From contig MU053881.1 of the NCBI GenBank assembly GCA_013239625.1, positions 13,220,879 to 13,284,878 on the forward strand: a stretch of DNA of 64,000 nt. The letters run 5' to 3'. The notes beneath the pieces were generated by a model, which saw nothing but the letters and a program-made list of their open reading frames with translations, had not been told where the DNA came from and ran no database searches. The stretch's first letter is position 1. The number at the start of each line of letters is the position of its first letter. The stretch comes from Lama guanicoe (Eukaryota). Shown in pieces: positions 26,979 to 40,803 of the stretch. A program made the translations under genes and the position numbers.

Positions 26979-29900
26979 GTAAACACTGTCAATGGTAACA
27001 TAAATCATTGCAACATTTTTGGGTAATCATCAGCAAGTAACTAAGTTTACATGTTCACCTCCTTTTATCTTAGCTAGCAACCCTAGAAATGTTAGGAATG
27101 TCTAATTTAAATACAGTATGTATCTTGTACCATTACTTTTAAAAGCAAAATCACTTAAAAAAAATAAAATAATAACCCCCCTGAAAATAACTGAAAGGCC
27201 ATTCCACAAATGTGTGACTAAAATAACTTGTTGCATTATGGAGTACCTTAGAGTAACAGAGTACTATAAAACTTTACAGTGTAAAAGGTAGATCTATAAT
27301 ATTTAGGTTGGAAAATCTTAATGTCAATGCAAGTTCATCTATCCATCTATTTATTGCATGATCCCATTTTACCAAAGAGTTATGTATTAGACAAGTTTCA
27401 AAATCATATTCTTAGGCAGAAAGGGAAAATTGTGACGGGATTTTGGACAGCGTTCAACCTAAAAGTGATCTTACAGATCATCAGTTCCGACCTTACTATT
27501 ATATGAACAGGGAAACTGAGTTCTGAAAGGAGATGTGACTTGCCTGAGATCTCATAGATAGAAAAGAATCCCAGCATCCTCAAGTTTACATCTGTATGTG
27601 GATAAACCTGTCCCTGATGATGAGATAAACATGAGAGTGATGCCAAAGTGGCCCTATACAAAGGGGAGATCACAGTAATATTATTTCAGGGTTTCAGAAA
27701 AGTCCTCTTCTACATTAAGTGATGCTTTCAATTTCTTCAGGGACAACCTGCTTAAGTTAGTGCTTAAGACAACGGGTGCTGGAGTCAGAAACATTTAAAC
27801 TGAAACTCGGAATCTGTCATTTCCAGTTTTTCAATCTTGATTAGTTTACTTCATCTGCCTGAGGTATGGCTTCTTGTTTTACATAACGGCAATAATCAAA
27901 GTCTGTAAGAACTGTTTCAAAGGCTGAAGAAACACAGACATATGAAGATACAGGAATTTGCCATCCTACGGTTTTGTAGTACCAAAGTCCACCTAATCCT
28001 TTAAAGATGCACACTTCACACCAAAGATTTGCTTTTAGGTCTCAGTCTGCCGAGCATTCACAGCACAAGATAAAGAATGGAGAGGTGTCATTCCCCCTCT
28101 ATTTTTCTACACATTGGCTGATACTGTGATCTTAACATCCTGTGCTTACATATACCAACAATTCACGTAGAAGTTGCAAGAGTCACTATTAAATACACTT
28201 GCCAAATGAGGGTTAGCCAGTAGTTGACATTACCACCAAACTTCACTTTCTGAAGAACGCGCCACACTCAAGCTTGGACTGATGGCTGGATAAAACACAC
28301 ACGGGCCATTTTAAGTGATAGTTTTCCAGTCTGACAAAAACCATAAACCTCATCCAATTAATAGACCAGGAATTATGGAGTCAAGTATTCCATCATCTGC
28401 CTTATTTTGTATATTTAATTTATTTAATCTATCCAGCTTCTGAATGCCATTTTATTTGTGTATGTACTAGCAGGCAGGATTCCACCGTCCTTTACTGTAG
28501 ATCAAGGGGCTATAATATCCTCTCCCCACACCCAGGCAAGTGGGGCTCAAGCAGCTGACTCTGGTCAGTCAATACACGCAACCACATTTGACTCAAAGAT
28601 GAATGGCTGATTTAGGCATCGATCAGGGTGGTAAACATGGTTAGTATTAAGTATCAGGATTACGCCTGAGATAGGACCTCGGTTGTATTCCCTGTTGCCA
28701 TGTTTCCTTGATCTAACTGTTAAGAAAGTTGGGACTAGAAATAACATTCACAGTATAGAATTTAACGGAATTAAATCTATAATCAATGCTTCCTGTTCAT
28801 TTAATCCAACCTTCTCACTCCATGTCACACCACCCCCTGTGACTACATAGGTTATCTACATTGGCTGTATCTTGCACATTACAAATCATCATATAAAAAC
28901 AGAGTCATCCTATAGATGCACAACCTTGAAAAAGCTGTGATGGAAATTGGTACGTGCAAGGTTACTTTGAAAATTCTGGAAACCCATGAGGCATTAATAG
29001 CAACATGATAGGTTATTTTCCCCCCTATTTCACAACTTAAAAAAACAGTTCCATATGGAGTGTTAAAGTTTTTTTTTTTTTACTCCATTTCATTCAGAAC
29101 ATTCACCTGACTTTTCTCACCTCTTGGTCTTATTCTTTTATGAGGACTGAGGATCTAAAAGCAACCAAAGAGGATGTGGGTCACATGGTATTTGTAGAGA
29201 AACTTGAGTGAGACATACTTCTATATTTAAAGTGAAAATTCTTCGGCCTGATTAAAGAGAAGATGAATCTATCCAAAGACTTTTTTTTTCACCCCAACTC
29301 TAGAGGCCAGATTAATATTTAAGATCTAGATTGGGGAAAAAAATGTAACAGGATAAAAAGGAAATATTAAAAACAAAGGGAGCCCTTAATAACACTTTGA
29401 GAGAACAAAAGATAAAAAGTAACCTTTAATAAAGTACCTTTTTTCTAATATTTTTATAGAGTGTATATATATTTATATATAAATAAATACATATTTACAT
29501 ATGTACACACACACTCAAAATTTCACTTCAGTTTGCTTCTCTTCCTCTTCTGCCACCCTGTAATATATCCTAGTAGCCTACAGATACAACCTAAATTATC
29601 TAATTATTGTAACTTTTTAGGAAAGGGTGGAGCATTGAATAGAATAAATTTTAGCAACATTTCTCAAAGTCTATCCCACAAACCACTAATTCCATGAGAT
29701 GATCCTCAAAGGGGGAAGAAACACCATCAAATGAATTTGAGGAACAATGTGTGCAGTGTCTCCCATTTAGAGGAGACTCGAAATGCAGGGTAGGGTTTTA
29801 CATCCCCTAAAGGGTTCTGTAGCAAAGAAAGCTACTGCCTTTGGCAGTGTATTTCCCAAAGGCATTTGCCAGTGAAAACATCTCGCAGAACTTGCGACAG

Positions 29901-30599
29901 GTGGAATCAACGTGACGGTGGTTGAAGAACTGAGTGTTGGTGAAGGCTCCCGCCTTGGCTAGACAGGGGGTGTTGAAGGACTGAGCTGGACCGTGGGCAC
30001 TGGACACGCAACACGGAAATATGAAACCTGTGTGAGTTGATTTCAATGCTTTCTAATTCCTGCGACTTTTTTTGAGGCCTCAGAGTTTGACTTCCCTTGT
30101 GATGAACAATTTACAATGTGAGAAAATGGTATCTCATCCAACAGTCAGGTTCCATTCAATTCATCACACATACTTTATAGCCCTGGAAAGGAAAAGGGCT
30201 TCTCAAATGGGTGAAGTGTTGAGCTGGATTCAGTGCCCTGCTGTGCACCCACACACACAGACACGTACACACACGTGAACATCCGTCTCCAAGAGAATGC
30301 AGACTAAAGGCTAAGAACCTGACTTCTGTGAGAGTCAAAATGCTAGAAATTCTAGTTCTTACCAGTTTCATTTTTTTAATGTAGTATATGCCAGAAATAA
30401 GATCCAAAGCCTATGTCCTCATCTTAATCACTTCATGGGTGACGAATAGGTCATAAATGTGGCTAATGTCAAGAATCGAAAGTAATGCTGTTTGTTTTGC
30501 TCCGTCTCTTTTTAAGTTTTTTTTTGTTTTTAATCAAAGTGAACACCTATTTTAAACACAAATGTTACACAATCTTCTCATTCTTCACTAAATGATTTT

Positions 30600-31290
30600 A
30601 AAATTAAATATTCAGTAGGTATACATATATTTTATAAATATTCATTTAAAGCATCAAGAATAAAGATATGGTGCTCCCCTGTGGGCACAACACTCAGTTT
30701 AATTAAAAGATGATTATCATTAGCTTGAAGTTCTCTGAACTCAATCCCTTTCCCATCTTCTCTATATCCTCAGAGTAGCCTGTGTCGAATTTCTTTATTG
30801 TTCCTTTGCTTTTCCTTAGCTCTCTATGTTGATATCCCTAAAAAATCCCATTTCATATGGAAAGTATCTTAATAAAATGACATTATATATTTTTCCACTT
30901 TTAAATTCAATTTGCATCTTGTGATTCATCCATATTGCTTCATGTATCTTTAATATAGTAATTTTGGCTCTTCTGTGGAAGAGTCTATTGAATTAATACA
31001 TCACAAGTTATTTACCTCTTCTAATGTTGATAGTTACTTGGATTATTCATTTTTTTTCCATTACAAATTATTCAGTTCTAGAATATTTCTTCTGGTGCAC
31101 ATTTACAAAGACAGAGAATATATGAAGTATATACTTAGGAGTGGAGTTGGTGGACCTCAGGTATGTGTAATTTTATCAGGTAATGCTAAATTACTTTACG
31201 AAGTCATATTATCAGTTTACTCTCCCATTGGCAATATATTCCAGCAGCTCAACACAGTCACCAACATTTGATATTGTCTACTTCACGATT
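30600..31290 (-). mobile_element. Ancient L1 (L1ME-type) 3' fragment
   Basis: tgtgattcatccatattg...tatatacttaggagtggagttggtgg...cagtttactctccca...ccaacatttgatattgtc. Confidence 0.7.
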
Positions 31291-31840
31291 TTTTTTTAAA
31301 GAGGTGTTAAGATTACCATTTTAAAGTCTCCAATCACTAAGTACATAAACCCTATGGTTTCTAATCCGCGATTAAGTACATAATCCTTACCCCTCATTTA
31401 GAAAATATTTACATCCACCAACACACATTCCTCGCAAAAGATTCACATATAAATCACTGAGAATGCAAGAGAGCTGATTTCCTATGATATGGTTTAAACT
31501 TTGTTACCTTAATTAACGAATACGTATAAGGACTGAGATGTAGTCAGTTATCTATCACTAACTATGCCCTAAAAATCATAAAATGAGAAGTGGAAAGCAA
31601 GGTTAACCAGCATGTATACCTAACACAGCGGGGGGGGGGGTGGATTACATAATCCTTCCTTCCTGAAGAAAAGTTCCATCTGGTTATTATAAAACATAAG
31701 ATGTACATTCATTAGGAATAAATACTAACTTTAAGTGTACAACTTTCAATCCACAGATAAAATTGAAACCAAAGGAATGTAGTGCCTTCTGCCTAATGGC
31801 AGCTGGAAAACCTTGACTGATGGCAGGTGGGCAAGTGGGT

Positions 31841-31989
31841 CTTTTTTTTTTTTTTTTGTAGGGGGGAGGTAGTACGTTGTTGTTGTTGTTGTTTTTTAAT
31901 TATTTACATATTTATTTATTTTGATGGAGGCGCTAGGGACTGAACCCAGGACCTTGTGCATGCTAGGTATGCACTCTACCCTCTCCACC
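31841..31989 (-). mobile_element. tRNA-Ala-derived SINE (camelid vic-1-like), with TSD
   Basis: Minus strand GGTAGAGTGCATACCTAGCATGCACAAGGTCCTGGGTTCAGTCCCTAGCGCCTCCA plus AT-rich linker and polyA; flanks gcaagtgggt (31831-31840) / gcaaatgggt (31990-31999). Confidence 0.85.
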
Positions 31990-32244
31990 GCAAATGGGTA
32001 TTGATCCAACCACATTTGTGACTCATTTATTCAAAAACAAAACAAAAACCCCCCTGCAATTTAAAAGTTAAGTTGCAATGACTACATATATGTATATGTA
32101 TGTGACCGCATGTATACAATGACTATATATTCCACCTCTATTTTGGAAATATTTCAAAGCTTTCTTCTGCATGAATATACCTCAAGCAATTGCAGTAAGG
32201 AAATCACTTTGCACCAATTTAGTATTTATTGTAACTTAACTTGT

Positions 32245-32248
<4 letters not shown>

Positions 32249-32274
<26 letters not shown>
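32249..32274. repeat. (TA)n microsatellite
   Basis: Directly visible. Confidence 0.95.
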
Positions 32275-32275
<1 letters not shown>

Positions 32276-35200
32276 GATTTTATACTTAATTTCTATAAAA
32301 TAGATCCTTGGTGTTGGTAATTAGGTAAAAGGAGGTGTACCTTTCAGAGTATTTAAAATTACTTGCTTACAATGATCCAGAAAATGTTGCAATGATTTAC
32401 ATTACCACTGACAGTGTCCGAGATATAGTATGAGGCTATTTTGGGCTGCAAGTTAACAAAAAGGGCTGATGTCACTTTATTTAAATATAAGGAAATTCAT
32501 AATTTGTCATAACTGGAAGTCACAGAAAAATAAAGGTTCCCCCCCACAATAATAAAAATATTTCAGTAATATTTAAATAAACACCTCAACTCCCCACTGT
32601 ATTTACAGGGTTGAGATTCCCAGTGTTTTTGCTTGAATAGGATCTGTGAACGCACACATAATTTTGTTTCTTTTTTCACGCGAGGTGGAGGGAGACAAGG
32701 TCAGGCATGGGAACAGACAGTTCTGAGTCAGTCGTTGGACTGCACGTGCATCAGGCTATCTGGGTTGCCTCTGCCCCGCCGGAAGCACTCCAGTATTCAA
32801 ACGTGTTGTGGGAGGAGAGGGACAGGACACAAAGAGGTGTTTTCATGTAAATTATGATGAAATATTCAGTAATTCTTGGGACTTCAGGTAATTGAATAAA
32901 TTAACAGAAATTACTTGGTAGGCAAATAAAGTCACACTTGGTTCTCAGAAGATTCTTGGAAAAGAAAGCATCCCTATTTAACCCCATTACAAAGAGATAG
33001 CAATTGGGAGAAAACAGGAAACATTTATTCTTCAAATAACCATCCCTGATGGACCTTATAAAGAAGGTGCTCAAGAAACAGAGGACTGAACATCCATGGA
33101 ACACAAATTCTGAAAGACATAAGGACTGTTCAGACAAGATACAAAGGAGCTAACAAAAAAGGCATTTTCAGTACCAAACCTTGCCTTCAGCAAAGGTTCA
33201 CTGTATATGGCACCTGTCACATCTTATGTCTTTTACACATTTTGAGCTTTGTTTTGGAAATACAGTTATTTCAAAACCATGCACACAAGTCACAGAGAAT
33301 TCAGGTTTGGCCATGCTTGCACAATAAGGCTTACGCTCCAGTGAAGTGAAATTCTTTGCAATAAATCTCCAATAACACCTTGTCAAAGCTAACACAAAAT
33401 AATTACAGGAAGCAAAGAGCAGATGGGTCCACTCTCGCCTTTACAGATTATCTCACTTCAATTAGCAGGAGGCTAAAGGAAAAAAAAAATGTGTTGTTCC
33501 TTTTTGGTAATAAGAATATAAATATCCTTTTAATTGTAGTTTGGCCATAGGGAAAAAAAATGTAATTACAACTTACAATGCTATTTCAGAGTTTAATAGG
33601 TACATCAAACTATCTATCTGGTTTGTCTTGGTTTGTCCTCCAAGTAAAGAATATTCGTAAAGTCAGTGGTACATTTTCCCCGGCTAAGTTTCTAACTGCC
33701 TCTATATACAGAATTTTTATTTGATGCTATCGTGAAATGTTACAAATGAACATTTAACTCACAAGTTACCCTGGGAAAGTGAGCAAGCAACAAATATAGC
33801 ACTATAACATCATGGAGATAAGATATTTGTGGCTATTGATTTTTTATAAAAAAATTTTTAGCCTGAATTGTCTTTCATTACATTATAAAGTAAACATCAG
33901 GGAAGTGTTTGGTTCATAGCAGCTGTGAAGTTTTTCAGTTCAGGAAAATTAACTAAACGACAGTGCCGAGATGACAACTAGGTGTACTGACCACTTTTTC
34001 CCATTCGCCTGGTTGATGATTGCTTTTCCTACTATACTAAAGGAGAAAGAAAGTTACTACGAACTCATGAACTGGCACGCCCCTTCCACTAAAGCAGATC
34101 GCTTTCCTCTTACTATGAGAACCACGTTCAAGGAGACTGAGAAAGGCGAGAGAGGCCCTTTGAAATGGTAAGGAACAAGCAATAGAAAAAAATAACCGCT
34201 TGTTCTTTGAAGTTACACCACCAGAGGAGCCAATTATTCTTTCAAGAAATTGTTCTTACTATAAAGCAGTACCTGTGATTAAAAAAGAGTATTAGCAACA
34301 GAAGGTCGCATCTCCATCCGAGGAGTTGAAAGACTCTTCCTCTGAAGCAGTGTTGAAGAAACGGAGAGCAAATTTGAATTTGAATTAACCCAACTCAAGA
34401 CTTGACCGGGTATGAAATTCAGGCTTCAAAATGCTGAAGCCGAGTTGTGCATTTTATTAAATCCAGTGTTACTTCCACAAAAAAAGGGACTCCCCTGGCC
34501 ATGTGAGCTGAGTTTCATTCCATTTCCGTCTATCATATTTCCTGATTTTCATAGAACTTATTGCCATTAGAAATTATCTTATTTATCTGCTTGTTCTTCT
34601 CACCAGGCTGACTGTCACTCTTCCTTACTGGAAGGTGATTTCCACGAGGCAGGAATTCTGTCTGAATTGTCTGAAATGTCTAATGCTTAGGCAGACTGCA
34701 TTCAATAAACTTGTTAAATGAGTTAACAAATGAGTGAATACATAATGAAAATGAACACCACATAGAGGTGGAGGAAGATTAGAGGTAGTCTCATTCTCTG
34801 AATTTATAATTTCATTGTCCAGTTAAAATTCTTTTCAATTAAATTTGCATAATTGTCACATTAGCTTGAAGGCAAAATGGCCAAGGCACTGAGATCCCTA
34901 GGGCTGGATCCAGGAAGACCTGGGGTAAATGAACATCGCTTTGACACAGACTAGCTCTCAGAATTGTGACAAACTGCCTAACCATCTCGGGTCACAGTTT
35001 CATTTGCTATGCAGTAGGGAAAATGCTTTGTAAAGTATTGGGAAAGTTAAAACCATAACCTATGTAAAGTGTTTGACATTGTATTAGGTACTCAGTAAGT
35101 GCTCATTCTTAGGAATTTTATTAGTAATCTGTGGGGCTCCTCCTGAACAAAGCAAGTTCATCTGCTCAAAGGTCATCAGTTGCAACAAATGTCAAAGAGA

Positions 35201-35967
35201 ATTTTCCTGTGTCCTTTAATCTTTAATGCTACATGTCAGAGTTTATATTTAGAGTGGGAACATCAGTTACATGACAAGTAAGGGGTTGACACTAAGGGAG
35301 ATTTTAAACACTTTCTTCTTAGAGGCAATTTAACCACCTATATTTTGGAAATATTTCAAAGCATGAATATACCTCAGGCAGTTACAGCAAGGAACGTCTC
35401 TGTGCCAGTTTATTATTTATTTCATACTGAATTGAGCTCACTGGAGTTAAATGATAAATCAAGGTCTTTACTTGCAATAGGTTTGTGATTTTACACACGC
35501 AATTCTGGTTAAGTACAAATGACTTGGCTTTATTTTTAACATCCACAAACATCACTTCAGAGTGGAAAACAGGATGTGAGTAGAATTAAGTTAGAATTTG
35601 AATGCCTGCATGCCCTTGAGACATAAGTATTGCCTCTAATTAAGCTTTGTGTGGTTTTGCTTTTTGTTTTTTGCTTTTTTGCTGGTTGCTTAGGAAAAAT
35701 ATCACTATTTTCTGTTCTTTGGGTTTAGAAAATATCTTCTTGAAAGAAAATAATTTTTTTCTTAAGATATTTAAGCTTTAAATTTAAAACTCTGATAAGT
35801 AACTTTTCTTGTCAAGTGATATTTATTATTCAAGCCCTGAAACACTACACTTTCAGAAAGTATTTTTTTACATATTCTTAAATACAGAAAACAACAATGT
35901 CTATGTTGGTGCAAATGGGGAATAGTTTCAAGAATTTAAAATTTCAAGCAAGCTTAAAATTATTTAT

Positions 35968-36192
35968 AGATCACTCGCTGTCTTGCCTTCTGAGACGGCC
36001 AGTAGTGTGTATCTACTATTACTTTAAACTAAATACCCCCACACCTCTCAGTCTCGATCCCTCTCACCCTTCTGAGATGGCCCACATTCTGTCCATGGAG
36101 TGTGTATCTCCTAAGCTGTTTTCCCTTCTCAGTGAGACAGGCCCTGCTCTCTGGAGTATGTATCTCTCTAAATAAACTTGCTTTCAATTGAA
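35968..36192 (+). mobile_element. ERV LTR 3' fragment ending at its polyA site, flanked by a TSD-like repeat
   Basis: Three imperfect copies of tgagac/atggcc...gtgtgtatct, then AATAAA (36171-36176) and a short A run; flanks aaaattatttat / aaaattatatgt. Confidence 0.6.
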
Positions 36193-36619
36193 AAAATTAT
36201 ATGTCCCTGATCAGAGAGTATCTAAGATTTCTGTTAATCAAATGAGAAATGACTCACATTGAATAAAAAAGCTTTAAGCAAAAACACTGGCTATTCACTT
36301 ACATGTTCACTTTTGAAAAAAAGAGATAATATAACTTCTTTGGTTGAGGCTAAACAATATATGAAGATTATTCCTCCCACCCCGTTTTTTATTTTTTATT
36401 CCCCTTCATACCCACCCCACCACTCACTCTCTAAACTTTATGCTTCACATTTGCCTTTGATGTCAGTGGGAGAAATTTAGCATTAGAATGTAAGTGAAAT
36501 TTACCTTTTTAATAATTGAACTATAAACTTCATGTGGAAGTGAGAATAAGAAGAGATGACTATTGATTCTGAAAAAGCTGGAGTAGCTGTCACTGCATCA
36601 TCTCACTGTTTAAAAAAAG

Positions 36620-39600
36620 GAGAGATTACATCTAGATATGTCCATACCCACCAGAAGACCAGGACAAGCTCCACCCAGCAGTGGGCAGGCAGACTCCTCC
36701 TGCCAGGAAACCTGTATGAATCTCTAGTCCAGCCTCATCCACCAGGGAGGAGATACCAGAAATATGAACACAACAATCCCAAAGCCCGTGGAAGGAATCC
36801 ACAAACACAGGCCAGACTCTACACTGGGACTGGCTGGACGCTGGCCCTTGGGTGACAAGAGAGGAGTGTACTGCTGGGGCACAAAGGACATCTCCCACAG
36901 AGGGCCACTTCTTCAAGGCTGAAAATGTAACTAACCTACCTAAACATACAAAAAGATAGACAATGTGAGGTGGCAGAGGAACATCTCCCAGCCCAAGGCA
37001 CAAGATAAAATCCCAGAAGAAGAAATAAGTGAGGAGGAGATAGGCAATTTATCTGAGAAAGAGTTTAAAGTAATGATGGCCAAGATGTTCAGAGAACTCA
37101 AGAGGAGTATAGATGCACAGAGCGAAGTTTTTAGCAAAGAGCTGGAAAACAAAGAATACCCAGAGTTGAAAACTACAATTACTGAAATGAAACACATACT
37201 AGAAGGAACGAAGAATAGACTAAGTGCGAAGAATGGATCAGTGAGCTACAAGACAGATTAGTGGAAATCACTACTGCAGAATGGAAGAAAGAAAAAAGAA
37301 TGAAAAGAATGAAGATAGTTTAAGAGAGCTCTGGGACAACATGAAGTGGACTAATATTTCATTATAGGGGTCCCAGAAAGAGAAGAGGGAGAGAAAAGAC
37401 CTGAGAAAAATTCTGGAGAGATAATAACTGAAAACTTTCCTAACTTGGGAAGTGATGACAGGAAACCTTAGAATATTAAGAATATTCTATCCATCAAGGC
37501 TCTCGTTCAGGTTTGATGTAGAAATCAAAATCTTCACAGATAAAAGCTAAAAGAATTCAGCATCACCAAACCAGCTTTATAACAAATGTTAAAGGAACTT
37601 CTCTAGTCCTCAAACCACAGAAAAGAGAGAACAAAAGGAAGAGAAAAAAAAAGACCTACAAAAACAAACCCCCCCAAAATTAACAAAATGACAAGAATAT
37701 ATGTATCGATAATTATCTTAAATGTACATGTAAATGGATTAATTGCTCCAACCAAAAGACATAGACTGGCTGACTGGATATAAAAACAAGACCCACATAT
37801 ATGCTGTCTATACACTGTGACACTTCAGAGCTATGGACACACACAGGCTGAAAGCAAGGGGATGGAAAAAGATATTCCATGCAAATGGAAACCAAAAGAA
37901 AGCTGGAGTAGCAACATTTACATCAGATAAAATAGACTTTAAAATAAAGACTGTTGCAAAGGACACTACATAATGCTCAAGGGATCAATCCAAGAAGATA
38001 CAGCAATTGTAAATATATATGCACTCAACATAGGGGCACCTCAATATATAAGGCAATTTTTAACAGACATAAAAGGAGAAATCAACAACAACAGTAATAC
38101 TGGGGGACCTTAACACCCCACTTACATCAATGGACAGATCATCCAGACAGAAAATCAGTAAGGAAATACAGGCCCTAAATAACACATTAGACCAGAAGGA
38201 CTTAATTGAGACCTATAGGGAATTGCAATCAAAAGCAACAGAATATACATTCTTCTCAAGTGCACACGAAACATTCTCCAGAATGACCACATGCTGGCCC
38301 AAAAAGGAAGCCCAGTAAATTTAAGAGAACTGAAATCATACCGAGCATCTCTTCCAACCACAATGCTGTAAGGTTAGAAATCAACTACACACACACACAC
38401 ACACACAAAAGCAGAAACTGCAAACACATGGAGGCTAAACACTACGCTACTAAACAACCAATGGATCACTGAAGAAATCAAAAAATACTCTGAGGCAAAT
38501 GAAGATGAAAATACAATGATCAAAAACCTCTAGGACACAGCAGAAGCAGTTCTAAGAGGGTAGTTTACAGTAATACAGGCCTAGCTCAGGAAACAAGAAA
38601 AATCTCAAGTACACAACCTAACCTTACACCTAAAGCAGCTGGAAAAAAAGAACAAACAAACCCCAAAGTGCGAAGAAAAGAAATTAAAGATTAGAGAAGA
38701 AATAAGTGAAATAAAGACTAAAAATTAAAATCGGTAACTTAAAAACTCCCAACAAAAAAAGTCCAGGGCCAGATGGCTTCACAGGTGAAATCTACCAAAC
38801 ATTTAAAGAAGAGTTAACACCTATCCTTCTGAAACTATTCCAAAAAAAAATTGAGGAGAAGGAACACTTCCAGACTCATTCTATGAGGCCATCATCACCC
38901 TGATAGCAAAGCCAGACAAAGATATCACAAAGGAAGAAATCTATGGGCCAATAACACTTATGAATATATGAGGCAAAAATCCTTAACAAAATACTAGCAA
39001 ATCGACTCCAACAATGCATTAAAAGGGTCATATACCATGATCAAGTGGTATTTACCCCAGGGATACACGGATTTTTCCATATCCACAAATCAATCAATGT
39101 GACACACCACAGTAACAACTCGAAGAATAAAAACCACATCATCATCTCAATAGATGCAGAAAAAGCTTTTGATAAAATTCAACATCCATTTATGATAAAA
39201 ACTCTCTAGAAAGTGGGCACAGAGGGAACAAACCTCAACAGAATAAAGGCTACATATGACAAGCCCACAGCTAACACCATACTCAACGGTGAAAAGCTTA
39301 GAGCATTTCCTCTAAGATCAGGAACAAGGCGAGGAGGCCCACTCTTGCCACTTTTATTCAACATAGATTTGAATAACAATAGCACTCAGAGAAGAAGAAA
39401 AGAGTAAAAGGAATCCAAATTGAGAATGAAGAAGTTAAACTGTCACTGTTTGCAGATGACGTGATACGATACATAGAAAACCCTAAAGAAGCGACGAGAA
39501 AACTACCAGAGCTCATCGATGAATGTGGTAAAGTTGCAGGATATAAAATTAATATACAGAAATCAGTTGCCTTTCTATGTACTAACAACAAAATGGCAGG

Positions 39601-40803
39601 AAAAGAAATCAAGGAAACAGTATCATTTACCATTGCACCAAAAAGAATAAAATACCTAGGAATAATCCTACCCAAGGAGGCAAAGGACCTGTACTCTGAA
39701 AACTATTAGACGCTGATGAAAGAAACTGAAGACAACATAAACAAATGGAAAGATACACCATGTTCTTGGATTGGAAGAATCAATCTTGCTAAAATGGCCA
39801 AGACAACAAAGAGGATGGAAGAAAATATTTGCAAATGATGCCATTGACAAGGGACTAATTTCCAAAATATACAAATAGCTCATACACCTTCAAATCAAAA
39901 ACAGAAAACAAACAAACAAGCAACCCGATCCAAAAATGGGCAGAAGACCTAAGCCGACATCTCTCCAAAGAAGACATTAAGCCAATAAGCACATGAAAAG
40001 ATGCTCAACATCACTAATTGTTAGAGGAATGCAAATCAAAACTACCATGAGGTATTACCTCACACTAGTCAGAATGGCCATCTTTAAAATGTCTACAAAC
40101 GATAAATGCTAGAGAAAGTGTGGAGAAAAAGGAACCATCCTACACTGTTGCTGGGAATGTAAATTGGTGCAGCCACTATGGAGGACAGTACGGAGGTTTC
40201 TTAAAAAACTAGCAGTAGACTTACCATATGATCTAACAATCCAACTGTTGGGCATACAGACAGAGAAAAATATAATTCAAAAAGACATATGCACCTCAAT
40301 AATCACAGCTGTACTATTTACAATAGCCAAGACATGGAAACAGCTCAAATGACCATTGACATATGACTGGATAAAGAAGATGTTGTATATATATAAATGC
40401 AATACCACTCAGCCATATAAAAGAATAAAATAATGCCATTTGCAGCAACAAGAATAGACCTGGAGAATGTCATTCTAAGTGAAGTAAGCCAGAAAGAGAA
40501 AGAACACTGCCATATGATATCACTTATATGTGGAATCTAAAAAAGGGGGACACAAATTAACTTATCTACAAAACAGAAACAGACTCGCAGACATCAGAAC
40601 AGAGTGGGAAGGGCTAAACTGGGAATTCGAAAATTGCACCTCCTGAGGAGTGACGGAAATGTGAGCCATCTTGATTGTGGTGGCGGCTTCACTGGTGCAT
40701 ACATCTATCAATATTCATCAAGTTGTACATCTGAAATATGTGTAGTTTACTGTACAGGAAACATACCATAATAAATGTTTAAAAAAGAAAAAAAAAAAAG
40801 AAA
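36620..40803 (+). mobile_element. Lineage-specific L1, non-functional: part of 5'UTR, ORF1, ORF2 (EN/RT) with internal deletions, polyA tail
   Basis: ORF1-like peptide at 36965 (EEEIGNLSEKEFKVMMAKM); ORF2-like peptides at 38130, 39213, 39461 and 40164; RT motif FADD at 39449-39460; many frameshifts and stops; AATAAA and A-tail at 40770-40803. Confidence 0.95.

Noticed and set aside
36965..40352. ORF1/ORF2-like peptides (endonuclease, reverse transcriptase) as an active or domesticated gene
   Set aside because: Fragmented by many frameshifts, stops and deletions; a dead L1 copy.
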